A stretch of 64,000 nucleotides of DNA from the NCBI GenBank assembly GCA_051293815.1, contig JBPKLU010000003.1, positions 327,426-391,425 on the forward strand, written 5' to 3'. The notes under the pieces are model-generated. The model worked only from the letters and a program-made list of their open reading frames with translations, was not told the DNA's origin and did not search any database. Positions 46,709-54,278 of the stretch are shown piece after piece. Position 1 is the stretch's first letter; each line of letters begins with the position of its first letter. The translations under genes and the position numbers were made by a program. The stretch comes from Nitrospiraceae bacterium (GTDB taxonomy: Bacteria; Nitrospirota; Nitrospiria; Nitrospirales; Nitrospiraceae).

Positions 46709-47962
46709 ATGACTCGCCGCATGCGTTATCCCACCGTACCCGTGATCGTCGCAGGCTTGCTCCTCGCCTTGGCCGGTTGCGAAGACCTGATGAAACACCT
46801 GCCGGCCGGCACGGATCGCTACCTTCAGACAGGGATGTCAGTCGGCAGCGCCGTCATGAATCGGCCGACCTTCACTGAAGCCGATGAAGAGCGGATGGCG
46901 CAGGAGAACGCGAAGAAGTATGAGAGCAGCCACCAGTTGTGGGACGATCCGCTGCTCGCCACCTATCTGAACGACGTCGTCCAGCGACTCGTCGCGCAAG
47001 CCCGTCCCCGTCCGTTTGTCTACAGCATTCGCGTCGTCAACGATGCGAGCATCAACGCCTTCACGTTCGGCGGCGGGCTCCTCTACGTCAACGCCGGCTT
47101 GCTTGCCCGCATGGAAAACGAAGCCCAATTGGCCATGGTCCTCGCGCACGAGATCGCGCACGTGACAGAAAGCCACGTGACCAAGGGCATCGAAGGCAGT
47201 TACGGCATTCAGGTGCTGGGCCAACTGGCCGCGCAGGCAGCCGAGACCAGCGGCAAGGTCACACTCCCGCCTGCGTTGTTGCAAAAAACCTACGAGTACT
47301 CGATGAAGGCCGCCATCAGCGGCCACGGCCGCGCCAGTGAAACCGAAGCCGACGTCGTGGGGCTGGAGTACATGGTCAAGGCCGGCTACGACCCGCGGGA
47401 GGCGCCGAAGACGTTCGAGCAACTCCTGAAAGAATACGGCGATCAGGGCGCCCTCGAAAACTTCTTCTACGGCGACCACCCGACCAACAAGTCACGGATT
47501 GCCAAGCTCACCGGCTTGGTCCAATCGAAATACAGCCAGGATTTGGCAAGCCGGAAGCTTCTGGTGAATACCGACGAGTTCAACCGGCGGACGCGCGAGC
47601 TGGTGGTGAATGTCGGCAAGCTGGACTACGACCGCAAGCGGTTTAAGACAGCCGCAGCGATGTTTGAAAAAGCGCTGGCGGCGAAGGACAACGACCCCGT
47701 GTTGCACTACTACCTTGGAAAGATCGCACTGGAAACGGAAAGCGGTCCCGAGGCCTCCAAGCGGGCCATCGGACATTTCGTCGCCGCGATCAAAGCCAAC
47801 GAGGCATTCGCCGACGCCTATAGAGAGATGGGGCTCGCGTACTACAAAATGGGGGACCGGAAAACAGCAATTGAAGCTTTCGAGCGGTACCTGGCGCTCA
47901 ATCCTCATGCTAGTGACGCCGACCGGATCCGGAAGTCCATAGAGGACCTTAGAGGTTCTTAG
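46709..47962 (+). CDS. M48-family Zn metalloprotease with C-terminal TPR repeats, lipoprotein (BepA-like)
   Basis: Lipobox LALAGC, HEIAHV (HExxH), and C-terminal TPR-like AAAMFEKALAAKDNDPVLHYYLGKI...AFERYLALNP. Confidence 0.85.
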   Translation: MTRRMRYPTVPVIVAGLLLALAGCEDLMKHLPAGTDRYLQTGMSVGSAVMNRPTFTEADEERMAQENAKKYESSHQLWDDPLLATYLNDVVQRLVAQARPRPFVYSIRVVNDASINAFTFGGGLLYVNAGLLARMENEAQLAMVLAHEIAHVTESHVTKGIEGSYGIQVLGQLAAQAAETSGKVTLPPALLQKTYEYSMKAAISGHGRASETEADVVGLEYMVKAGYDPREAPKTFEQLLKEYGDQGALENFFYGDHPTNKSRIAKLTGLVQSKYSQDLASRKLLVNTDEFNRRTRELVVNVGKLDYDRKRFKTAAAMFEKALAAKDNDPVLHYYLGKIALETESGPEASKRAIGHFVAAIKANEAFADAYREMGLAYYKMGDRKTAIEAFERYLALNPHASDADRIRKSIEDLRGS

Positions 47963-48148
47963 CAGCACAACGCTGAAAACCCAGACCCCTGACGAGCGAA
48001 CGTGACAAGAGACGAAAGGAATATGCGGTATCAGTGTAGCGATTATGACGAGTCCGAGGCGCAATTGTACAGCTTCCGTGACCCCGTCAGACGGAAGGTC
48101 ATAACGGCTGCCATCAATGGTACTGTTTACGTACCTATCCTTGAGTTG

Positions 48149-48164
48149 TGGCAAGAGATTTGGT
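48149..48164 (+). promoter_or_regulatory. candidate sigma-54 (-24/-12) promoter upstream of the paralog island
   Basis: TGGCAAGAGATTTGGT has GG and TTG at the correct 11-nt spacing, but the -12 element is GG rather than GC. It lies about 115 nt upstream of the P1 start. Confidence 0.25.
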
Positions 48165-48276
48165 TAGCCGCCAGAAGGGCAAGCCTCGGTCTGACGAAAC
48201 CAAGACAAGCTCTCAGAAGTCAGTGTCCAACCCGGACTCGCCCCAAAAACGATTCACTGTTTCAAAGGAGGCCACG

Positions 48277-48942
48277 ATGCTGTCTCTAACTGCCAACCAC
48301 TTAAAACTCTATCAGGGATCTTGGTTCGTGATTCTGCTGTGCTCACTGGTCCTTCTGCTTATTCCCCCATTAGTGGATCCCACCTATGCAGGAAGAGCCG
48401 AACGTGTGAAGAAGTGCGCAACAAAAGGGGACGCGCGCGTCAGTAAGAGCATTTCTACTAAAGTGGTTATGCATGCGATCGAGAAATATCAGATCGAGGA
48501 CCTGGTGGATAAAGAGGACATCAAAGCCGCAAGAAAGGAGGTGTATGAATTTCTCAAGTGGAAGCTCGGCAACCCGTCTGCGATCTGTGCAGAGTACATA
48601 GGCTCGGGATTAAGGCACTTTAAAAGAGCCTACTCAGATGAGGCCGCTGCTGCGTTGCTCGGCTATACACTTCCGGGGAAAAACGGGGCCGAAATTCAGT
48701 TACCGAAGGAGCTGGCCGAGGCGCTAAAGCAGTCTTACAAAGAAGCCGGTGACAGTCTTGCCAAGACCTTACAGGATGAGTACGGGATACCACCCGAAGC
48801 CACAGGCCTTGTGGTCGACGCCGTCAGGAAGTACGCCGACAAAGCGACTGACAACTTGGGATTCAACGTGCCAAAGGGGTGGGACTTCGACAACAAGTTA
48901 CTTGACTTGGAAATCAAGCTGAAACGCAAAGCGAAGGCATGA
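48277..48942 (+). CDS. secreted/anchored protein, paralog 1 of an uncharacterised family
   Basis: AGGAGG RBS. N-terminal hydrophobic anchor, then AGRAERVKKCATKGDARVSKSI...FLKWKLGNPSAICAEY...AYSDEAAAALLG, shared with the next two ORFs. It lacks their long charged tail. Confidence 0.7.
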   Translation: MLSLTANHLKLYQGSWFVILLCSLVLLLIPPLVDPTYAGRAERVKKCATKGDARVSKSISTKVVMHAIEKYQIEDLVDKEDIKAARKEVYEFLKWKLGNPSAICAEYIGSGLRHFKRAYSDEAAAALLGYTLPGKNGAEIQLPKELAEALKQSYKEAGDSLAKTLQDEYGIPPEATGLVVDAVRKYADKATDNLGFNVPKGWDFDNKLLDLEIKLKRKAKA

Positions 48943-48967
48943 TGATTAAGCCACTGGGGAGGAGACA

Positions 48968-49834
48968 ATGGACGCCATGATTTCCCCGGTGAGTTCGAAA
49001 GGTCTCTTTCATGTGGCCCGTTTCGTAGGAGCCGCGCTTCTGCCGTTGTGCTTCTCGCTCCATAATCCAAGCCTTGCTGTAGCGGGCGAATTAGAGCGAG
49101 CTGCCAAATGTTCGACCAAGGGCGATACCAAGGTGAGCAAGAGCATCGCCCAAAGGGTGGTCAAGTATGCCATAAAGAAATACGAAATTGCCGATTTGGT
49201 GGATGATGCCGGTGTGAAGAATGCGCGCAAGCAGGTCTACGCCTTTCTGAAATGGAAACTCGGCAATCCCTCCGCCGTCTGCGCCCAATATATAACGGCT
49301 GGGCAGAAGCATTTCAACAAAGCCTACAGTGATGAAGCGGCCGCCGCCTTGCTGGGGTTCGATCTTCCCGATGAAAAAGCAGGGCGCGCTACTTTTCAAC
49401 TCCCGCCCGAACTGGTCGATTTCTGGATGATGACAGAAAAACTCCAGAATACTGGCAAGGCCTATGTCCTCCAGTACTACTATGGCATACCCGCGTTCCT
49501 CACGAAACAGATTTTGGACACGCAGACTGAGTTGACAGGGAAAGTGCTCAAGAAGGTGGGCTTCAACATCCCTAAGAAATACGACTTCCCGAATGAGACA
49601 GTGTTGGTGACAATTGAAGCTAAGAGGAACCCAGAGCAAGCCAGAGCCAAGTTCCAAAAAGTCATGGATGATGCAGCAAAGCAGGAACAGGCCCAGGTTC
49701 AGCCAAGTGGGCCTTCAACTAAATCCCCCAGCACTGTAGGCGAAGAAGAGGGTGAAGAGGAAGAAGACATGGGGGAAGAGGGAAGCAAGGAGACCAAGAA
49801 GACTAAAAAGACCAAGAAGAAGCTTCCTTTTTGA
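48968..49834 (+). CDS. secreted protein, paralog 2 (acidic-then-basic C-terminal tail)
   Basis: Signal-like N-terminus, then ERAAKCSTKGDTKVSKSI...FLKWKLGNPSAVCAQY. The tail is EEEGEEEEDMGEEGSKETKKTKKTKKKLPF. Confidence 0.75.
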   Translation: MDAMISPVSSKGLFHVARFVGAALLPLCFSLHNPSLAVAGELERAAKCSTKGDTKVSKSIAQRVVKYAIKKYEIADLVDDAGVKNARKQVYAFLKWKLGNPSAVCAQYITAGQKHFNKAYSDEAAAALLGFDLPDEKAGRATFQLPPELVDFWMMTEKLQNTGKAYVLQYYYGIPAFLTKQILDTQTELTGKVLKKVGFNIPKKYDFPNETVLVTIEAKRNPEQARAKFQKVMDDAAKQEQAQVQPSGPSTKSPSTVGEEEGEEEEDMGEEGSKETKKTKKTKKKLPF

Positions 49835-49978
49835 ACGCTCTTATCAGGATCGAACAGCAACCACTAGTAATGAGGAGATCCTGAATAAATCAAAACGGGC
49901 CTCAAACTGGAGATTCCGCTGAACCGTAAGGCGTGAATCGAAAATGAGCGCGCCGCTTGAGCGATGGAGGTGAGGGAC

Positions 49979-50833
49979 ATGATCACCTCATATATTTCAA
50001 AGGGTCTGTCTTGTCGAGCTATGGCAATCGTCGGCATCGTTGGATTCGTGGCTTGGTTCCTACTGACTGCCGATGCGGCCTTTGCCGGCAAAGCGGAGCG
50101 AGCTGCAAAGTGTGCCACAAAAGGCGATGCGAAGGTGAGCAAGAGTATCGCGAAAAAGATGATCAACCATGCCATTAAACAATACGAGATTGCGGACCTT
50201 GTGGATGACCAAACGGCGAAACGTGCTAAGAAAGAGGTCTATGCCTTTCTCAAATGGAAACTGGGTAACCCTTCGGCGATCTGCGCGCAGTATGTCACGG
50301 GGGGCCAAAAGCATTTCAATAAAGCATATGGAGACGAGGCGGCCGCCGCATTGCTCGGTTTCAACCTGCCGAATGAAAAGGCCGGCCGTGCAACTTTTCA
50401 GCTCCCTCCCGAGTTGGTTGACCTCTGGGTGATGACGGAAAAACTAAAGAACGCGGGCAAGGCCTATTTGCTTCAGGCGTTCTTCGGGATCCCGCCCGGA
50501 TTATCCCGTCTAGTGCTCGATGAAATCACGGAACAGCAGGGAAAAGTTATTAAACATCTGGGATTCAATATTCCGAAAGACTACGACTTTCCGAATCAAA
50601 TGGTTCAGGCGACGATTGAAGCCAAGCGCAATCCCCAACAGGCCAAAGCGAATTTCCAGCGTGCCGTCGATGAAGCTGCAAAGCAGGAACAGTCCCAGGC
50701 TCAGGTGGGTGGGCCTACGGCTCACACTTCTGACATTCTAGGTAACGAAGAAGGAGAGGAAGAGGATATGGAGGAGGAAGGAAGCGAGCAGACTAAACAG
50801 GTTAAGAAGAAAAAAAAGAAGCTTCTGTTTTGA
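49979..50833 (+). CDS. secreted protein, paralog 3 (acidic-then-basic C-terminal tail)
   Basis: A GGAGG RBS precedes ATG 49979 (the track starts at 49964). Roughly two-thirds or more identical to paralog 2 by eye. The tail is NEEGEEEDMEEEGSEQTKQVKKKKKKLLF. Confidence 0.75.
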   Translation: MITSYISKGLSCRAMAIVGIVGFVAWFLLTADAAFAGKAERAAKCATKGDAKVSKSIAKKMINHAIKQYEIADLVDDQTAKRAKKEVYAFLKWKLGNPSAICAQYVTGGQKHFNKAYGDEAAAALLGFNLPNEKAGRATFQLPPELVDLWVMTEKLKNAGKAYLLQAFFGIPPGLSRLVLDEITEQQGKVIKHLGFNIPKDYDFPNQMVQATIEAKRNPQQAKANFQRAVDEAAKQEQSQAQVGGPTAHTSDILGNEEGEEEDMEEEGSEQTKQVKKKKKKLLF

Positions 50834-50889
50834 AGACCAATAACGAGAGAATTACGTGACATGCAATCATTGGGATGAGGAGGTCATAA

Positions 50890-51861
50890 ATGAATCACCA
50901 TGGAGATCGAACAAGGGTATTTTTCCAGAAAGCGATGAGCCTTAGAGCGATCGTGCCGGTGAGCTTTCTGGTGCTAACCTGTTGCATGGCCCAGGTCGAG
51001 GCTGGAGCACGACCACAACCAGAGGATGCGAAATCACCACAGGGGGTGACACGAGCCAGCGAGCAGTCGGCTCACTCTCAAGTTTCATCCACTCAGCCGA
51101 ATACCTTGACTATCGCAGGTCACGTCTCTGACCCTGTGCAAGAGGGAAGAATGCTCCTCGGCAAGACATCGCCTGAATCCAGGGCAAAAAAGTCTAAAGA
51201 AAAGTCTAAAGATAAGGGCAACGCCCCAACCAAGCGCCTCGACGCCTCCGCTGAAGAAGAGGAGGAGGAAGAAGAGGAGGACGAGGAAGAGGACGAAGAC
51301 GCAGCGGATAGCTCCGAGAAGGGTTCAGGTGGATTGGGTTCCTACATGATTCAGGCGGATTTCGACAAAAACGTCGCGGCCACGCTGAAAGACGTGGTGG
51401 TTCGGGGCGCCGTATTATCCGCGACGGTATCCCTCACTTATCAAGGCGGCAAAGACAAGAAACATTCGGAATGGCTGAGAACCAGCGAAGAGGGGAAATA
51501 TACCCACCTGTTGGACTATGCAACAGGCACCACCTATCCGATCAAGAAACTCGACGGATTTACCTCCGGCACACTCAACCAAGGCCAGGATGTGAAGACC
51601 CTCCGCGCGACGTTCGAAGCGCCACCCAAGAACGTCAAGACGGTCGCCATTACCATTTATGGCATCGGCACGTTCGACGATGTCACACTCGGCAGCGGCA
51701 TGTCGGGAAGAAATCCGAAGATCAAGGGAAGCAAGACCTCCTCACCCGGCTCAGAGTCGGAGGAAGAAGAGGACGAGGAAGAGGACGAAGAGGAGGAAGA
51801 GGAAAATGAGAAGAGCCTGGCAGGGCAAGGCCAAAAGGCATCAGGGGGAAAGGGCCGGTGA
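50890..51861 (+). CDS. secreted protein with a beta-rich core flanked by two poly-Glu/Asp tracts
   Basis: GAGGAGG RBS and signal-like LRAIVPVSFLVLTCCMAQVEA. Acidic runs EEEEEEEEDEEEDED (nt 51253-51300) and SEEEEDEEEDEEEEEENE (nt 51754-51810) flank the core VVVRGAVLSATVSLTYQGG...TVAITIYGIGTFDDVTLG. Confidence 0.7.
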   Translation: MNHHGDRTRVFFQKAMSLRAIVPVSFLVLTCCMAQVEAGARPQPEDAKSPQGVTRASEQSAHSQVSSTQPNTLTIAGHVSDPVQEGRMLLGKTSPESRAKKSKEKSKDKGNAPTKRLDASAEEEEEEEEEDEEEDEDAADSSEKGSGGLGSYMIQADFDKNVAATLKDVVVRGAVLSATVSLTYQGGKDKKHSEWLRTSEEGKYTHLLDYATGTTYPIKKLDGFTSGTLNQGQDVKTLRATFEAPPKNVKTVAITIYGIGTFDDVTLGSGMSGRNPKIKGSKTSSPGSESEEEEDEEEDEEEEEENEKSLAGQGQKASGGKGR

Positions 51862-51895
51862 CGGCGGAACACACAGAACAGAGGGATCTGCGCGA

Positions 51896-52705
51896 ATGAA
51901 CCGCTGGCTCCAAGTAGGACTCAGCGTCACGATTTCCATTGCTCTGGCACTGTCGGCAGCGCGTCCCGCGTCCGCCGACCAGGCGCTGGATACAGCCATT
52001 GACAATGCCGGCAAGTACACCGCGTTTGTGTTTCTGGTCAACGGGTTCACCGGCTGCTGCATCCCCGGCGAGGAATTCCAAAAATTCCTGCGCGAGAAAG
52101 GGGCCTATGTCCACATCTCGAACTGGAACGAGATCGACCGGAAAGGGAACCCCGGCGTGCCGGCGGTGGACCCGGACAACTTCGCCTGGAAGGTCACGCC
52201 TTCTCCGCCCACCGACGAGACCTTCATCCAACAAATGCAGGACGTCATCAAGAGGATCGACGCCAAGAACCCGTCCATCCCAATCGTCCTGATCGGTCAT
52301 AGCTACGGCGGGGACGCCGTGCTGCAGGTCACCAAAAGAATCCACGACAGGAAGATCGCCTTTCTCGGCGTCCTGGATGGCGTGGGGAAAGGAGGATTGC
52401 GGAAGAACATCACCAAGCCGGTGCCCGACAACGTCGAATATTTTTTCAATCGCTGGCAGCAAAACCCGCCCTTTGCCGGGGATCATTTCATTCCGTTCGA
52501 TCGGCTGCTCTCCGGCAAGATCGAGAGCCGCGCGGGGGAAAGCAACCAGAAAAAGCAGAACACGGAAAAGACCGGTAGGTGCAAGCGGAAGTATCGGGAT
52601 CCGGTCAAAGCGATTCCCCAGTTGTTGTCGCATGGAGAAGTTCCCAAGGACAAGTGCATCCAAAAGAAGATGAAGAAGATCCTCGCTCAGCGGGTATTTT
52701 CCTAA
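51896..52705 (+). CDS. secreted alpha/beta-hydrolase (lipase/esterase-like, GHSYGG)
   Basis: Signal peptide MNRWLQVGLSVTISIALALSAARPASA, then FVFLVNGFTG and IVLIGHSYGGDAV nucleophile elbow. Start at ATG 51896, inside the longer track ORF. Confidence 0.6.
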   Translation: MNRWLQVGLSVTISIALALSAARPASADQALDTAIDNAGKYTAFVFLVNGFTGCCIPGEEFQKFLREKGAYVHISNWNEIDRKGNPGVPAVDPDNFAWKVTPSPPTDETFIQQMQDVIKRIDAKNPSIPIVLIGHSYGGDAVLQVTKRIHDRKIAFLGVLDGVGKGGLRKNITKPVPDNVEYFFNRWQQNPPFAGDHFIPFDRLLSGKIESRAGESNQKKQNTEKTGRCKRKYRDPVKAIPQLLSHGEVPKDKCIQKKMKKILAQRVFS

Positions 52706-53182
52706 ATTTGTCTGCGCCGAATCCCAGAGCTTCATCTCGGGGCATCTCCGTGGTTCGCCTGACGTGAGAAACTTCTGGTTCTGGGTGGCGGAATCTGGCT
52801 GTTGGTCGCCAGGCTGTTTCTTGCAATCGGGGTTTTCTGTCGGAATCCAGCGGGCGAGCGCGATCGACCGGCGGGAGAAGGAAGGTCGAAGCGGTGGAGA
52901 GAAAGCTCGTCCGCGGTGAGGCCCAAGGACCGGAAGGTGTTTGGGGCCCACTCGACGAACGCGGCCCGATTCAGGTGACCCACCAGCCAGATCGGCTGGA
53001 CACGTATCGGGTGGCCGACCAGAGCAGAGGAGACCTCATCTTACTCTTGATCTTCAGCGCCTCGGCGGGTTCGTCGTCTTCAACCCCCTCAGTAAAAGAA
53101 CGCGCGAGAACGTGCTACGCCGTAGCAGCATGCTCGTGGAGGCGGCAGTCATCGCATCGTTTCCGCCCATATCCGCAGCATC

Positions 53183-54070
53183 ATGTCGCCGGATAAGGCG
53201 GGTCATTGGCTCCAGGACCACACTGGCAAGGTGGGGGACGAGATGCGCAGTCGCGTGTCAGTATCTGGATCAGCAGAGAGTGAAGATGCCGGGCTCACCG
53301 ATTCTGAAATTGCTGAGTCGTTCGATCCCGCTGTGAGTCGGTATGGGTCAGCGGGATTGTCTTCGCCGTCGGCACCATGCTGGTCTGTGCGGGCGTTTCT
53401 AACTGGCAAGAACCGGAAGCGGTTCTATCGCGAAGCCGTTCAAGCCCGGGCGGCGATCGGCACCTGTATTGCTTTGCTTGGTTTGCTGATCGGCCAACCC
53501 GAGCTGCGCCGCGCGACCGGTCGCCTGGCACGCATTGTCCTCCCGCATTTGGGACAAGATAGCGGAACGAACGAATTCCGAACAGTTCTCGCTTCGAGGG
53601 CTCAAACAGGCCTGGAAATCCGGCGCCGTCTGGTGACGACCATCCTCGCGTTGATCACGGTCGCCGGCTTCTTCGGGTTCTTCGTGATCATCGAACCGCC
53701 GTGGGTCAAAGTCCTCGTAGGCGGCGCGCTGCTGGACGCCGCGGTGTGCCTAGCCGCTGGAGTTCCAGCGGGCTTGATTCGCCCCTCCGTACGTCTTACT
53801 CTTAACGACCTGCGCATCGCGCCAAACAACCCTCAACTTAAAGGGAGGAGAAAACACGATGTTTGCGCTCACACACGCCATGCTGCTCCCGATCCTGCTC
53901 GGAACCTTAATCGCCTCCTTGTCAGCCTGCACCTTGAAGGCGACTCTGGATACGACATCCGACGGTACCACCAATTTCTTGTCTTCCACCTCCGGCAAGA
54001 CTTGGTTCACCGAGGATGGATTGGTACGGGAGGAGTTGAAAGTCGAGGCATTCGCCTGGATGAACTATGA
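53183..54070 (+). CDS. hypothetical membrane protein (boundaries doubtful)
   Basis: 295-aa ORF with 3-4 hydrophobic helices. Its last 212 nt overlap the better-supported DUF3015 gene in another frame. Confidence 0.3.
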   Translation: MSPDKAGHWLQDHTGKVGDEMRSRVSVSGSAESEDAGLTDSEIAESFDPAVSRYGSAGLSSPSAPCWSVRAFLTGKNRKRFYREAVQARAAIGTCIALLGLLIGQPELRRATGRLARIVLPHLGQDSGTNEFRTVLASRAQTGLEIRRRLVTTILALITVAGFFGFFVIIEPPWVKVLVGGALLDAAVCLAAGVPAGLIRPSVRLTLNDLRIAPNNPQLKGRRKHDVCAHTRHAAPDPARNLNRLLVSLHLEGDSGYDIRRYHQFLVFHLRQDLVHRGWIGTGGVESRGIRLDEL

Positions 54071-54278
54071 GAACCTAAAACAGGACATGGCGCGAGGCGG
54101 CGGAGAATATCTCTCGTCGCTCGGCACGTTGATGAACGTGCCTCCCGACCGGCAGACGGAGTTCCTGGCCTTCGTTCAGCAGCGATATCCGATGCTTGTG
54201 GGCAATGACCGAACAACCCCCGCGACGATACTGGCGGCCTTGCAACAAGAATGGGCAGCGCGGTCAGCGCTTCAATGA
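53859..54278 (+). CDS. DUF3015-like lipoprotein
   Basis: Strong RBS AAGGGAGGAG, lipobox LSAC, and ...NYENLKQDMARGGGEYLSSLGTLM..., as I recall for DUF3015. Confidence 0.65.
   Translation: MFALTHAMLLPILLGTLIASLSACTLKATLDTTSDGTTNFLSSTSGKTWFTEDGLVREELKVEAFAWMNYENLKQDMARGGGEYLSSLGTLMNVPPDRQTEFLAFVQQRYPMLVGNDRTTPATILAALQQEWAARSALQ

Noticed and set aside
48002-48289. 95-aa ORF just upstream of paralog 1
   Set aside because: It has no RBS, overlaps the paralog-1 start and the candidate promoter, and its second half is Arg-rich. It could still be a leader or small protein, but the sequence alone does not support that.
51722-52951. 409-aa minus-strand ORF across the hydrolase gene and the end of the poly-Glu protein gene
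   Set aside because: It is antisense to two plus-strand genes with good RBSs and signal peptides, has no recognisable motif, and partly translates the GAR repeats as Ser/Leu/Pro runs.
52732-53040. Minus-strand short ORF (…VGHPIRVQPIWLVGHLNRAAFVEWAPNTFRSLGLTADELSLHRF…)
   Set aside because: The first half looks protein-like, but there is no clear start or RBS, and the C-terminal half is Pro/Arg/Ser-rich. It is probably a gene fragment and I could not assign a family.
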